Source: Eledone cirrhosa (lineage: Eukaryota). Taken from it: DNA of 64,000 bases. The notes under the pieces are model-generated. The model was not told the DNA's origin. It saw only the letters and a program-made list of their open reading frames with translations, and did not search any database. Position numbers and translations under genes: made by a program. Of this stretch, positions 44,401-59,819 are shown in pieces. How positions within the stretch are numbered: the first letter of the stretch is position 1; each line of letters starts with the position of its first letter. The stretch spans positions 72,540,001 to 72,604,000 of the forward strand of contig OZ024747.1 of assembly GCA_964016885.1 (NCBI GenBank). The letters are read 5' to 3'.

Positions 44401-47400
44401 AGACGACAATGTAGAAACATTCAAAAGAGACGACAATGTAGAGACATTCAAAAGAGACGACAATGTAGAGACATTCAAAAGAGACGACAATGTAGAGACA
44501 CATTCAAAAGAGACGACAATGTAGAGACACATTCAAAAGAGACGACAATATAGAGACATTCAAAAGAGACGACAATGTAGAGACACATTCAAAAGAGACG
44601 ACAATGTAGAGACACATTCAAAAGAGACGACAATGTAGAAACATTCAAAAGAGACGACAATGTAGAGACACATTCAAAAGAGACGACAATATAGAGACAT
44701 TCAAAAGAGACGACAATATAGAGACATTCAAAAGAGACGACAATGTAGAGACATTCAAAAGAGACGACAATGTAGAGACACATTCAAAAGAGAAGACAAT
44801 GTAGAGACATTCAAAAGAGACGACAATGTAGAGACACATTCAAAAGAGACGACAATGTAGAGACATTCAAAAGAGACGACAATATAGAGACACATTCAAA
44901 AGAGACGACAATGTAGAGACATTCAAAAGAGACGACAATGTAGAGACATTCAAAAGAGACGACAATGTAGAGACACATTCAAAAGAGACGACAATGTAGA
45001 GACATTCAAAAGAGACGACAATGTAGAGACACATTCAAAAGAGACGACAATATAGAGACATTTAAAAGAGACGACAATATAGAGACATTCAAAAGTGACG
45101 ACAATGTAGAGACACATTCAAAAGAGACGACGATGTAGAGACATTCAAAAGAGACGACAATGTAGAGACACATTCAAAAGAGACGACAATATAGAGACAT
45201 TCAAAAGAGACGACAATGTAGAAACACATTCAAAAGAGACGTCAATGTAGAGACACATTCAAAAGAGACGACAATGTAGAGACACATTCAAAAGAGACGA
45301 CAATGTAGAAACATTCAAAAGAGACGACAATGTAGAGACACATTCAAAAGAGACGACAATATAGAAACATTCAAAAGAGACGACAATATAGAGACATTCA
45401 AAAGAGACGACAATGTAGAAACACATTCAAAAGAGACGACAATGTAGAGACACACTCAAAAGAGACGACAATGTAGAGACACATTCAAAAGAGACGACAA
45501 TATAGAGACATTCAAAAGAGACGACAATGTAGAGACACATTCAAAAGAGACGACAATGTAGAGACATTCAAAAGAGACGACAATGTAGAGACATTCAAAG
45601 GAGACGACAATGTAGAGACATTCAAAAGAGACGACAATGTAGAGACATTCAAAAGAGACGACAATATAGAGACACATTCAAAAGAGACGACAATGTAGAG
45701 ACATTCAAAAGAGCTGACAATGTAGAGACACATTAAAAATAGACGACAATGTAGAGACATTCAAAAGAGACGACAATGTAGAGACACATTCAAAAGAGAC
45801 GACAATGTAGAGACATTCAAAAGAGACGACAATGTAGAGACACATTCAAAAGAGACGACAATGTAGAGACATTCAAAAGAGACGACAATGTAGAGACACA
45901 TTCAAAAGAGACGACAATATAGAGACATTCAAAAGAGACGACAATGTAGAGACACATTCAAAAGAGACGACAATGTAGAGACATTCAAAAGAGACGACAA
46001 TGTAGAGACACATTCAAAAGAGACGACAATGTAGAGACACATTCAAAAGAGACGACAATGTAGAAACATACAAAAGAGACGACAATGTAGAGACACATTC
46101 AAAAGAGACGACAATATAGAGACATTCAAAAGAGACGACAATATAGAGACATTCAAAAGAGACGACAATGTAGAGACATTCAAAAGAGACGACAATGTAG
46201 AGACACATTCAAAAGAGAAGACAATGTAGAGACATTCAAAAGAGACGACAATGTAGAGACATTCAAAAGAGACGACAATGTAGAGACATTCAAAAGAGAC
46301 GACAATGTAGAGACACATTCAAAATAGACGACAATGTAGAGACATTCAAAAGAGACGACAATGTAGAGACATTCAAAAGAGACGACAATGTAGAGACATT
46401 CAAAAGAGACGACAATGTAGAGACACATTCAAAAGAGACAACAATATAGATACATTCAAAAGAGACGACGATGTAGAGACACATTCAAAAGAGACGACAA
46501 TGTAGAGACATTCAAAAGAGACGACAATGTAGAGACATTCAAAAGAGACGACAATGTAGAGACACATTCAAAAGAGACGACAATGTAGAGACATTCAAAA
46601 GAGACGACAATATAGAGACACATTCAAAAGAGACGACAATGTAGAGACATTCAAAAGAGACGACAATATAGAGACACATTCAAAAGAGACGACAATGTAG
46701 AGACATTCAAAAGAGACGACAATGTAGAGACATTCAAAAGAGACGACAATGTAGAGACATTCAAAAGAGACGACAATGTAGAGACATTCAAAAGAGACGA
46801 CAATGTAGAAACACATTCAAAAGAGACGACAATGTAGAGACACATTCAAAAGAGACGACAATGTAGAGACATTCAAAAGAGACGACAATGTAGAGACATT
46901 CAAAAGAGACGACAATGTAGAGACATTCAAAAGAGACGACAATGTAGAGACATTCAAAAGAGACGACAATGTAGAGACACATTCAAAAGAGACGACAATG
47001 TAGAGACATTCAAAAGAGACGACAATGTAGAGACATTCAAAAGAGACGACAATGTAGAAACACATTCAAAAGAGACGACAATGTAGAGACACATTCAAAA
47101 GAGACGACAATGTAGAGACATTCAAAAGAGACGACAATGTAGAGACATTCAAAAGAGACGACAATGTAGAGACATTCAAAAGAGACGACAATGTAGAAAC
47201 ATTCAAAAGAGACGACAATGTAGAGACACATTCAAAAGAGACGACAATATAGAGACATTCAAAAGAGACGACAATGTAGAAACATTCAAAAGAGACGACA
47301 ATGTAGAGACATTCAAAAGAGACGACAATGTAGAGACATTTAAAGAGACGACAATGTAGAGACACATTCAAAAGAGACGACAATGTAGAGACATTCAAAA

Positions 47401-47450
47401 GAGACGACAATGTAGAGACACATTCAAAAGAGACGACAATGTAGAGACAT
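36600..47450. repeat. Tandem duplication, unit about 5286/5260 bp, overlapping the 4566-bp duplication
   Basis: GACGTC at 36666/41952 and CAGTATAG at 37897/43183 (+5286). GAGCTGAC at 40451/45711 (+5260). ORF pairs 38690/43976 (+5286) and 40196/45456 (+5260). The TTTAAAGAGAC monomer occurs near 41776 and 47339. Confidence 0.88.
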
Positions 47451-50400
47451 TCAAAAGAGACGACAATGTAGAGACATTCAAAAGAGACGACAATATAGAG
47501 ACACATTCAAAAGAGACGACAATGTAGAGACATTCAAAAGAGACGACAATGTAGAGACACATTCAAAAGAGACGACAATATAGAGACATTCAAAAGAGAC
47601 GACAATATAGAGACATTCAAAAGAGACGACAATGTAGAGTCACATTCAAAAGAGACGACGATATAGAGACATTCAAAAGAGACGACAATTTAGAGACACA
47701 TTCAAAAGAGACGACAATGTAGAGACACATTCAAAAGAGACGACAATGTAGAAACATTCAAAAGAGACGACCATGTAGAGACACATTCAAAAGAGACGAC
47801 AATATAGACACATTCAAAAGAGACGACAATATAGAGACATTCAAAAGAGACGACAATGTAGAGACATTCAAAGGAGACGACAATGTAGAAACATTCAAAA
47901 GAGACGACAATGTAGAGACACATTCAAAGAGACGACAATGTAGAGACATTCAAAAGAGACGACAATGTAGAGACACATTCAAAAGAGACGACAATGTAGA
48001 GACACATTCAAAAGAGACGACAATGTAGAGACACATTCAAAAGTGACGACAATGTGGAGACATTCAAAAGAGACGACAATGTAGAGACACCTTCAAAAGA
48101 GACGACAATGTAGAGACATTCAAAAGAGACGACAATGTAGAAACATTCAAAAGAGACGACAATGTAGAGACATTCAAAAGAGACGACAATGTAGAGACAT
48201 TCAAAAGAGACGACAATGTAGAGACACATTCAAAAGAGACGACAATGTAGAGACATTCAAAAGAGACGACAATGTAGAGACACATTCAAAAGAGACGACA
48301 ATATAGAGACATTCAAAAGAGACGACAATGTAGAGACACATTCAAAAGAGACGACAATGTAGAGACATTCAAAAGAGACGACAATGTAGATACACATTCA
48401 AAAGAGACGACAATGTAGAGACACATTCAAAAGAGACGACAATGTAGAAACATTCAAAAGAGACGACAATGTAGAGACACATTCAAAAGAGACGACAATA
48501 TAGAGACATTCAAAAGAGACGACAATATAGAGACATTCAAAAGAGACGACAATGTAGAGACATTCAAAAGAGACGACAATGTAGAGACACATTCAAAAGA
48601 GAAGACAATGTAGAGACATTCAAAAGAGACGACAATGTAGAGACACATTCAAAAGAGACGACAATGTAGAGACATTCAAAAGAGACGACAATGTAGAGAC
48701 ATTCAAAAGAGACGACAATGTAGGGACATTCAAAAGAGACGACAATGTAGAGACATTCAAAAGAGACGACAATGTAGAGACACATTCAAAAGAGACGACA
48801 ATGTAGAGACATTCAAAAGAGACGACAATGTAGAGACATTCAAAAGAGACGACAATGTAGAGACATTCAAAAGAGACGACAATGTAGAGACACATTCAAA
48901 AGAGACGACAATATAGAGACATTCAAAAGAGACGACGATGTAGAGACACATTCAAAAGAGACGACAATGTAGAGACATTCAAAAGAGACGACAATATAGA
49001 GATACATTCAAAAGAGACGACAATGTAGAGACATTCAAAAGAGACGACAATATAGAGACACATTCAAAAGAGACGACAATGTAGAGACATTCAAAAGAGA
49101 CGACAATGTAGAGACATTCAAAAGAGACGACAATGTAGAAACACATTCAAAAGAGACGACAATGTAGAGACACATTCAAAAGAGACGACAATGTAGAGAC
49201 ATTCAAAAGAGACGACAATGTAGAGACATTCAAAAGAGACGACAATGTAGAGACATTCAAAAGAGACGACAATGTAGAAACATTCAAAAGAGACGACAAT
49301 GTAGAGACACGTTCAAAAGAGACGACAATATAGAGACATTCAAAAGAGACGACGATGTAGAGACACATTCAAAAGAGACGACAATGTAGAGACACATTCA
49401 AAAGAGACGACAATGTAGAAACATTCAAAAGAGACGACAATGTAGAGACACATTCAAAAGAGACGACAATATAGAGACATTCAAAAGAGACGACAATATA
49501 GAGACATTCAAAAGAGACGACAATGTAGAGACATTCAAAAGAGACGACAATGTAGAGACACATTCAAAAGAGACGACAATATAGAGACATTCAAAAGAGA
49601 CGACAATATAGAGACATTCAAAAGTGACGACAATGTAGAGACACATTCAAAAGAGACGACGATGTAGAGACATTCAAAAGAGACGACAATGTAGAGACGC
49701 ATTCAAAAGAGACGACAATATAGAGACATTCAAAAGAGACGACAATGTAGAAACACATTCAAAAGAGACGTCAATGTAGAGACATTCAAAAGAGTCGACA
49801 ATGTAGAGACACATTCAAAAGAGACGACAATGTAGAGACACATTCAAAAGAGACGACAATGTAGAAACATACAAAAGAGACGACAATGTAGAGACACATT
49901 CAAAAGAGACGACAATATAGAGACATTCAAAAGAGACGACAATGTAGAGACACATTCAAAAGAGACGACAATGTAGAGACATTCAAAAGAGACGACAATG
50001 TAGAGACACATTCAAAAGAGACGACAATGTAGAGACACATTCAAAAGAGACGACAATGTAGAAACATACAAAAGAGACGACAATGTAGAGACACATTCAA
50101 AAGAGACGACAATATAGAGACATTCAAAAGAGACGACAATATAGAGACATTCAAAAGAGACGACAATGTAGAGACATTCAAAAGAGACGACAATGTAGAG
50201 ACACATTCAAAAGAGAAGACAATGTAGAGACATTCAAAAGAGACGACAATGTAGAGACATTCAAAAGAGACGACAATGTAGAGACATTCAAAAGAGACGA
50301 CAATGTAGAGACATTCAAAAGAGACGACAATGTAGAGACACATTCAAAAGAGACGACAATATAGAGACATTCAAAAGAGACGACGATGTAGAGACACATT

Positions 50401-52459
50401 CAAAAGAGACGACAATGTAGAGACATTCAAAAGAGACGACAATGTAGAGACATTCAAAAGAGACGACAATATAGAGACACATTCAAAAGAGACGACAATG
50501 TAGAGACATTCAAAAGAGACGACAATATAGAGACACATTCAAAAGAGACGACAATGTAGAGACATTCAAAAGAGACGACAATGTAGAGACATTCAAAAGA
50601 GACGACAATGTAGAAACACATTCAAAAGAGACGACAATGTAGAGACACATTCAAAAGAGACGACAATGTAGAGACATTCAAAAGAGACGACAATGTAGAG
50701 ACATTCAAAAGAGACGACAATGTAGAGACATTCAAAAGAGACGACAATGTAGAAACATTCAAAAGAGACGACAATGTAGAGACACATTCAAAAGAGACGA
50801 CAATATAGAGACATTCAAAAGAGACGACAATGTAGAAACATTCAAAAGAGACGACAATGTAGAGACATTCAAAAGAGACGACAATGTAGAGACATTCAAA
50901 AGAGACGACAATGTAGAGACACATTCAAAAGAGACGACAATGTAGAGACATTCAAAAGAGACGACAATGTAGAGACACATTCAAAAGAGACGACAATGTA
51001 GAGACATTCAAAAGAGACGACAATGTAGAGCCATTCAAAAGAGACGACAATATAGAGACACATTCAAAAGAGACGACAATGTAGAGACATTCAAAAGAGA
51101 CGACAATGTAGAGACACATTCAAAAGAGACGACAATATAGAGACATTCAAAAGAGACGACAATATAGAGACATTCAAAAGAGACGACAATGTAGAGACAC
51201 ATTCAAAAGAGACGACGATATAGAGACATTCAAAAGAGACGACAATTTAGAGACACATTCAAAAGAGACGACAATGTAGAGACACATTCAAAAGAGACGA
51301 CAATGTAGAAACATTCAAAAGAGACGACAATGTAGAGACACATTCAAAAGAGATGACAATATAGACACATTCAAAAGAGACGACAATATAGAGACATTCA
51401 AAAGAGACGACAATGTAGAAACATTCAAAAGAGACGACAATGTAGAGACACATTCAAAGAGACGACAATGTAGAAACATTCAAAAGAGACGACAATGTAG
51501 AGACACATTCAAAAGAGACGACAATGTAGAGACACATTCAAAAGAGACGACAATGTAGAGACACATTCAAAAGTGACGACAATGTGGAGACATTCAAAAG
51601 AGACGACAATGTAGAGACACCTTCAAAAGAGACGACAATGTAGAGACGTTCAAAAGAGACGACAATGTAGAAACATTCAAAAGAGACGACGATGTAGAGA
51701 CATTCAAAAGAGACGACAATGTAGAGACATTCAAAAGAGACGACAATGTAGAGACACATTCAAAAGAGACGACAATGTAGAGACATTCGAAAGAGACGAC
51801 AATGTAGAGACACATTCAAAAGAGACGACAATATAGAGACATTCAAAAGAGACGACAATGTAGAGACACATTCAAAAGAGACGACAATGTAGAGACATTC
51901 AAAAGAGACGACAATGTAGAGACACATTCAAAAGAGACGACAATGTAGAGACACATTCAAAAGAGACGACAATGTAGAAACATTCAAAAGAGACGACAAT
52001 GTAGAGACACATTCAAAAGAGACGACAATGTAGAGACATTCAAAAGAGACGACAATGTAGAGACATTCAAAAGAGGCGACAATGTAGAAACACATTCAAA
52101 AGAGACGACAATGTAGAGACACATTCAAAAGAGACGACAATATAGAGACATTCAAAAGAGACGACGATGTAGAGACACATTCAAAAGAGACGACAATGTA
52201 GAGACATTCAAAAGAGACGACAATATAGAGATACATTCAAAAGAGAGGACAATGTAGAGACATTCAAAAGAGACGACAATATAGAGACACATTCAAAAGA
52301 GACGACAATGTAGAGACATTCAAAAGAGACGACAATGTAGAGACATTCAAAAGAGACGACAATGTAGAAACACATTCAAAAGAGACGACAATGTAGAGAC
52401 ACATTCAAAAGAGACGACAATGTAGAGACATTCAAAAGAGACGACAATGTAGAGACATT

Positions 52460-55390
52460 CAAAAGAGACGACAATGTAGAGACATTCAAAAGAGACGACA
52501 ATGTAGAAACATTCAAAAGAGACGACAATGTAGAGACACGTTCAAAAGAGACGACAATATAGAGACATTCAAAAGAGACGACGATGTAGAGACACATTCA
52601 AAAGAGACGACAATGTAGAGACATTCAAAAGAGACGACAATGTAGAGACATTCAAAAGAGACGACAATGTAGAGACACATTCAAAAGAGACGACAATGTA
52701 GAGACATTCAAAAGAGACGACAATGTAGAGACACATTCAAAAGAGACGACAATGTAGAGACATTCAAAAGAGACGACAATGTAGAGACATTCAAAAGAGA
52801 CGACAATATAGAGACACATTCAAAAGAGACGACAATGTAGGGACATTCAAAAGAGACGACAATGTAGAGACACATTCAAAAGAGACGACAATATAGAGAC
52901 ATTCAAAAGAGACGACAATATAGAGACATTCAAAAGAGACGACAATGTAGAGACACATTCAAAAGAGACGACGATATAGAGACATTCAAAAGAGACGACA
53001 ATTTAGAGACACATTCAAAAGAGACGACAATGTAGAGACACATTCAAAAGAGACGACAATGTAGAAACATTCAAAAGAGACGACAATGTAGAGACACATT
53101 CAAAAGAGACGACAATATAGAGACATTCAAAAGAGACGACAATGTAGAGACATTCAAAAGAGACGACAATGTAGAAATATTCAAAAGAGACGACAATGTA
53201 GAGACACATTCAAAAGAGACGACAACGTAGAGACATTCAAAAGAGACGACAATGTAGAGACACATTCAAAAGAGACGACAATGTAGAGACACATTCAAAA
53301 GAGACGACAATGTAGAGACACATTCAAAAGTAACGACAATGTGGAGACATTCAAAAGAGACGACAATGTAGAGACACCTTCAAAAGAGACGACAATGTAG
53401 AGACATTCAAAAGAGACGACAATGTAGAAACATTCAAAAGAGACGACAATGTAGAGACATTCAAAAGAGACGACGATGTAGAGACACATTCAAAAGAGAC
53501 GACAATGTAGAGACACATTCAAAAGAGACGACAATGTAGAGACACATTCAAAAGAGACGACAATGTAGAGACACATTCAAAAGAGACGACAATGTAGAAA
53601 CATTCAAAAGAGACGACAATGTAGAGACACATTCAAAAGAGACGACAATATAGAGACATTCAAAAGAGACGACAATATAGAGACATTCAAAAGAGACGAC
53701 AATGTAGAGACATTCAAAAGAGACGACAATGTAGAGACACATTCAAAAGAGAAGACAATGTAGAGACATTCAAAAGAGACGACAATATAGAGACATTCAA
53801 AAGAGACGACGATGTAGAGACACATTCAAAAGAGACGACAATGTAGAGACATTCAAAAGAGACGACAATGTAGAGACATTCAAAAGAGACGACAATGTAG
53901 AGACACATTCAAAAGAGACGACAATGTAGAGACACATTCAAAAGAGACGACAATGTAGAGACACATTCAAAAGAGACGACAATGTAGAAACATTCAAAAG
54001 AGACGACAATGTAGAGACACATTCAAAAGAGACGACAATATAGAGACATTCAAAAGAGACGACAATATAGAGACATTCAAAAGAGACGACAATGTAGAGA
54101 CATTCAAAAGAGACGACAATGTAGAAACATTCAAAAGAGACGACAATGTAGAGACACGTTCAAAAGAGACGACAATATAGAGACATTCAAAAGAGACGAC
54201 GATGTAGAGACACATTCAAAAGAGACGACAATGTAGAGACATTCAAAAGAGACGACAATGTAGAGACATTCAAAAGAGACGACAATGTAGAGACACATTC
54301 AAAAGAGACGACAATGTAGAGACATTCAAAAGAGACGACAATGTAGAGACACATTCAAAAGAGACGACAATGTAGAGACATTCAAAAGAGACGACAATGT
54401 AGAGACATTCAAAAGAGACGACAATATAGAGACACATTCAAAAGAGACGACAATGTAGGGACATTCAAAAGAGACGACAATGTAGAGACACATTCAAAAG
54501 AGACGACAATATAGAGACATTCAAAAGAGACGACAATATAGAGACATTCAAAAGAGACGACAATGTAGAGACACATTCAAAAGAGACGACGATATAGAGA
54601 CATTCAAAAGAGACGACAATTTAGAGACACATTCAAAAGAGACGACAATGTAGAGACACATTCAAAAGAGACGACAATGTAGAAACATTCAAAAGAGACG
54701 ACAATGTAGAGACACATTCAAAAGAGACGACAATATAGAGACATTCAAAAGAGACGACAATGTAGAGACATTCAAAAGAGACGACAATGTAGAAATATTC
54801 AAAAGAGACGACAATGTAGAGACACATTCAAAAGAGACGACAACGTAGAGACATTCAAAAGAGACGACAATGTAGAGACACATTCAAAAGAGACGACAAT
54901 GTAGAGACACATTCAAAAGAGACGACAATGTAGAGACACATTCAAAAGTAACGACAATGTGGAGACATTCAAAAGAGACGACAATGTAGAGACACCTTCA
55001 AAAGAGACGACAATGTAGAGACATTCAAAAGAGACGACAATGTAGAAACATTCAAAAGAGACGACAATGTAGAGACATTCAAAAGAGACGACGATGTAGA
55101 GACACATTCAAAAGAGACGACAATGTAGAGACACATTCAAAAGAGACGACAATGTAGAGACACATTCAAAAGAGACGACAATGTAGAGACACATTCAAAA
55201 GAGACGACAATGTAGAAACATTCAAAAGAGACGACAATGTAGAGACACATTCAAAAGAGACGACAATATAGAGACATTCAAAAGAGACGACAATATAGAG
55301 ACATTCAAAAGAGACGACAATGTAGAGACATTCAAAAGAGACGACAATGTAGAGACACATTCAAAAGAGAAGACAATGTAGAGACATTCA
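52460..55390. repeat. Tandem duplication, unit 1618 bp
   Basis: GAAATATTC at 53174/54792 and AAGTAACGAC at 53328/54946. ORF pairs 53015/54633, 53295/54913 and 53548/55166 are all +1618. Confidence 0.88.
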
Positions 55391-58300
55391 AAAGAGACGA
55401 CAATGTAGAGACACATTCAAAAGAGACGACAATGTAGAGACATTCAAAAGAGACGACAATATAGAGACACATTCAAAAGAGACGACAATGTAGAGACATT
55501 CAAAAGAGACGACAATGTAGAGACATTCAAAAGAGACGACAATGTAGAGACATTCAAAAGAGACGACAATGTAGAGACACATTCAAAAGAGACGACAATG
55601 TAGAGACATTCAAAAGAGACGACAATGTAGAGACATTCAAAAGAGACGACAATGTAGAGACATTCAAAAGAGACGACAATGTAGAGACACATTCAAAAGA
55701 GACGACAATATAGAGACATTCAAAAGAGACGACGATGTAGAGACACATTCAAAAGAGACGACAATGTAGAGACATTCAAAAGAGACGACAATATAGAGAT
55801 ACATTCAAAAGAGACGACAATGTAGAGACATTCAAAAGAGACGACAATATAGAGACACATTCAAAAGAGACGACAATGTAGAGACATTCAAAAGAGACGA
55901 CAATGTAGAGACATTCAAAAGAGACGACAATGTAGAAACACATTCAAAAGAGACGACAATGTAGAGACACATTCAAAAGAGACGACAATGTAGAGACATT
56001 CAAAAGAGACGACAATGTAGAGACATTCAAAAGAGACGACAATGTAGAGACATTCAAAAGAGACGACAATGTAGAAACATTCAAAAGAGACGACAATGTA
56101 GAGACACGTTCAAAAGAGACGACAATATAGAGACATTCAAAAGAGACGACGATGTAGAGACACATTCAAAAGAGACGACAATGTAGAGACATTCAAAAGA
56201 GACGACAATGTAGAGACACATTCAAAAGAGACGACAATGTAGAGACATTCAAAAGAGACGACAATGTAGAGACATTCAAAAGAGACGACAATATAGAGAC
56301 ACATTCAAAAGAGACGACAATGTAGAGACATTCAAAAGAGACGACAATGTAGAGACACATTCAAAAGAGACGACGATATAGAGACATTCAAAAGAGACGA
56401 CAATTTAGAGACACATTCAAAAGAGACGACAATGTAGAGACACATTCAAAAGAGACGACAATGTAGAAACATTCAAAACAGACGACAATGTAGAGACACA
56501 TTCAAAAGAGACGACAATATAGACACATTCAAAAGAGACGACAATATAGAGACATTCAAAAGAGACGACAATGTAGAGACATTCAAAAGAGACGACAATG
56601 TAGAGACATTCAAAAGAGACGACAATGTAGAGACACATTCAAAAGAGACGACAACGTAGAGACATTCAAAAGAGACGACAATGTAGAGACACATTCAAAA
56701 GAGACGACAATGTAGAGACACATTCAAAAGAGACGACAATGTAGAGACACATTCAAAAGTGACAACAATGTGGAGACATTCAAAAGAGACGACAATGTAG
56801 AGACACCTTCAAAAGAGACGACAATGTAGAGACATTCAAAAGAGACGACAATGTAGAAACATTCAAAAGAGACGACAATGTAGAGACATTCAAAAGAGAC
56901 GACGATGTAGAGACACATTCAAAAGAGACGACAATGTAGAGACACATTCAAAAGAGACGACAATGTAGAGACATTCAAAAGAGACGACAATGTAGAGACA
57001 CATTCAAAAGAGACGACAATGTAGAGACATTCAAAAGAGACGACAATGTAGAGACACATTCAAAAGAGACGACAATGTAGAGACACATTCAAAAGAGACG
57101 ACAATGTAGAGACATTCAAAAGAGACGACAATGTAGAGACACATTCAAAAGAGTCGACAATGTAGAGACACATTCAAAAGAGACGACAATCTAGAGACAC
57201 ATTCAAAAGAGCGACAATGTAGAGACGTTCAAAAGAGACGACAATGTAGAGACACATTCAAAAGAGACGACAATGTAGAGACATTCAAAAGAGACGACAA
57301 TGTAGAGACACATTCAAAAGAGACGACAATGTAGAGACATTCAAAAGAGACGACAATGTAGAGACATTCAAAAGAGACGACAATATAGAGACACATTCAA
57401 AAGAGACGACAATGTAGAGACATTCAAAAGAGACGACAATGTAGAGACACATTCAAAAGAGACGACAATATAGAGACATTCAAAAGAGACGACAATATAG
57501 AGACATTCAAAAGAGACGACAATGTAGAGACACATTCAAAAGAGACGACGATGTAGAGACATTCAAAAGAGACGACAATGTAGAGACACATTCAAAAGAG
57601 ACGACAATGTAGAGACACATTCAAAAGAGACGACAATGTAGAAACATTCAAAAGAGACGACAATGTAGAGACACATTCAAAAGAGACGACAATATAGAGA
57701 CTTTCAAAAGAGACGACAATATAGAGACATTCAAAAGAGACGACAATGTAGAAACACATTCAAAAGAGACGACAATGTAGAGACACATTCAAAAGAGACG
57801 ACAATGTAGAGACACATTCAAAAGAGACGACAATATAGAGACATTCAAAAGAGACGACAGAGTAGAGACACATTCAAAAGAGACGACAATGTAGAGACAT
57901 TCAAAAGAGACGACAATGTAGAGACATTCAAAGGAGACGACAATGTAGAGACATTCAAAAGAGACGACAATGTAGAGACATTCAAAAGAGACGACAATAT
58001 AGAGACACATTCAAAAGAGACGACAATGTAGAGACATTCAAAAGAGACGACAATGAAGAGACACATTAAAAAGAGACAACAATGTAGAGACATTCAAAAG
58101 AGACGACAATGTAGAGACACATTCAAAAGAGACGACAATGTAGAGACATTCAAAAGAGACGACAATGTAGAGACACATACAAAAGAGACGACAATGTAGA
58201 GACATTCAAAAGAGACAACAATGTAGAGACACATTCAAAAGAGACGACAATATAGAGACATTCAAAAGAGACGACAATGTAGAGACACATTCAAAAGAGA

Positions 58301-59819
58301 CGACAATGTAGAGACATTCAAAAGAGACGACAATGTAGAGACACATTCAAAAGAGACGACAATGTAGAGACATTCAAAAGAGACGACAATGTAGAGACAT
58401 TCAAAAGAGACGACAATATAGAGACACATTCAAAAGAGACGACAATGTAGAGACATTCAAAAGAGACGACAATGTAGAGACACATTCAAAAGAGACGACA
58501 ATATAGAGACATTCAAAAGAGACGACAATGTAGAGACACATTCAAAAGAGACGACAATGTAGAGACATTCAAAAGAGACGACAATATAGAGACATTCAAA
58601 AGAGACGACAATGTAGAGACACATTCAAAAGAGACGACAATGTAGAGACATTCAAAAGAGACGACAATGTAGAGACACATTCAAAAGAGACAACAATGTA
58701 GAGACATTCAAAAGAGACGACAATGTAGAGACATTCAAAAGAGACGACAATATAGAGACACATTCAAAAGAGACGACAATGTAGAGACATTCAAAAGAGA
58801 CGACAATGTAGAGACACATTCAAAAGAGACGACAATGTAGAAACATTCAAAAGAGACGACAATGTAGAGACATTCAAAAGAGACGACAATGTAGAGACAC
58901 ATTCAAAAGAGACGACAATATAGAGACATTCAAAAGAGACGACAATATAGAGACATTCAAAAGAGACGACAATGTAGAGACACATTCAAAAGAGACGACG
59001 ATATAGAGACATTCAAAAGAGACGACAATTTAGAGACACATTCAAAAGAGACGACAATGTAGAGACATTCAAAAGAGACGACAATGTAAAGACATTCAAA
59101 AGAGACGACAATATAGAGACACATTCAAAAGAGACGACAATGTAGAGACATTCAAAAGAGACGACAATGTAGAGACACATTCAAAAGAGACGACAATATA
59201 GACACATTCAAAAGAGACGACAATGTAGATACACATTCAAAAGAGACGACGATATAGAGACATTCAAAAGAGACGACAATTTAGAGACACATTCAAAAGA
59301 GACGACAATGTAGAGACACATTCAAAAGAGACGACAATGTAGAAACATTCAAAAGAGACGACAATGTAGAGACACATTCAAAAGAGACGACAATATAGAC
59401 ACATTCAAAAGAGACGACAATATAGAGACATTCAAAAGAGACGACAATGTAGAGACATTCAAAAGAGACGACAATGTAGAAACATTCAAAAGAGACGACA
59501 ATGTAGAGACACATTCAAAAGAGACGACAATGTAGAGACATTCAAAAGAGACGACAATGTAGAGACACATTCAAAAGAGACGACAATATAGAGACATTCA
59601 AAAGAGACGACAATGTAGAGACACATTCAAAAGTGACGACAATGTGGAGACATTCAAAAGAGAGGACAATGTAGAGACACCTTCAAAAGAGACGACAATG
59701 TAGAGACATTCAAAAGAGACGACAATGTAGAAACATTCAAAAGAGACGACAATGTAGAGACATTCAAAAGAGACGACGATGTAGAGACACATTCAAAAGA
59801 GACGACAATGTAGAGACAC

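Noticed and set aside
41503-47506. Two longer 146-aa ORFs (41503-41943 and 47066-47506)
   Set aside because: They result from a single-base-deleted monomer (TTTAAAGAGAC) that bypasses the stop, copied by the 5.3-kb duplication. The peptide is the same repeat.
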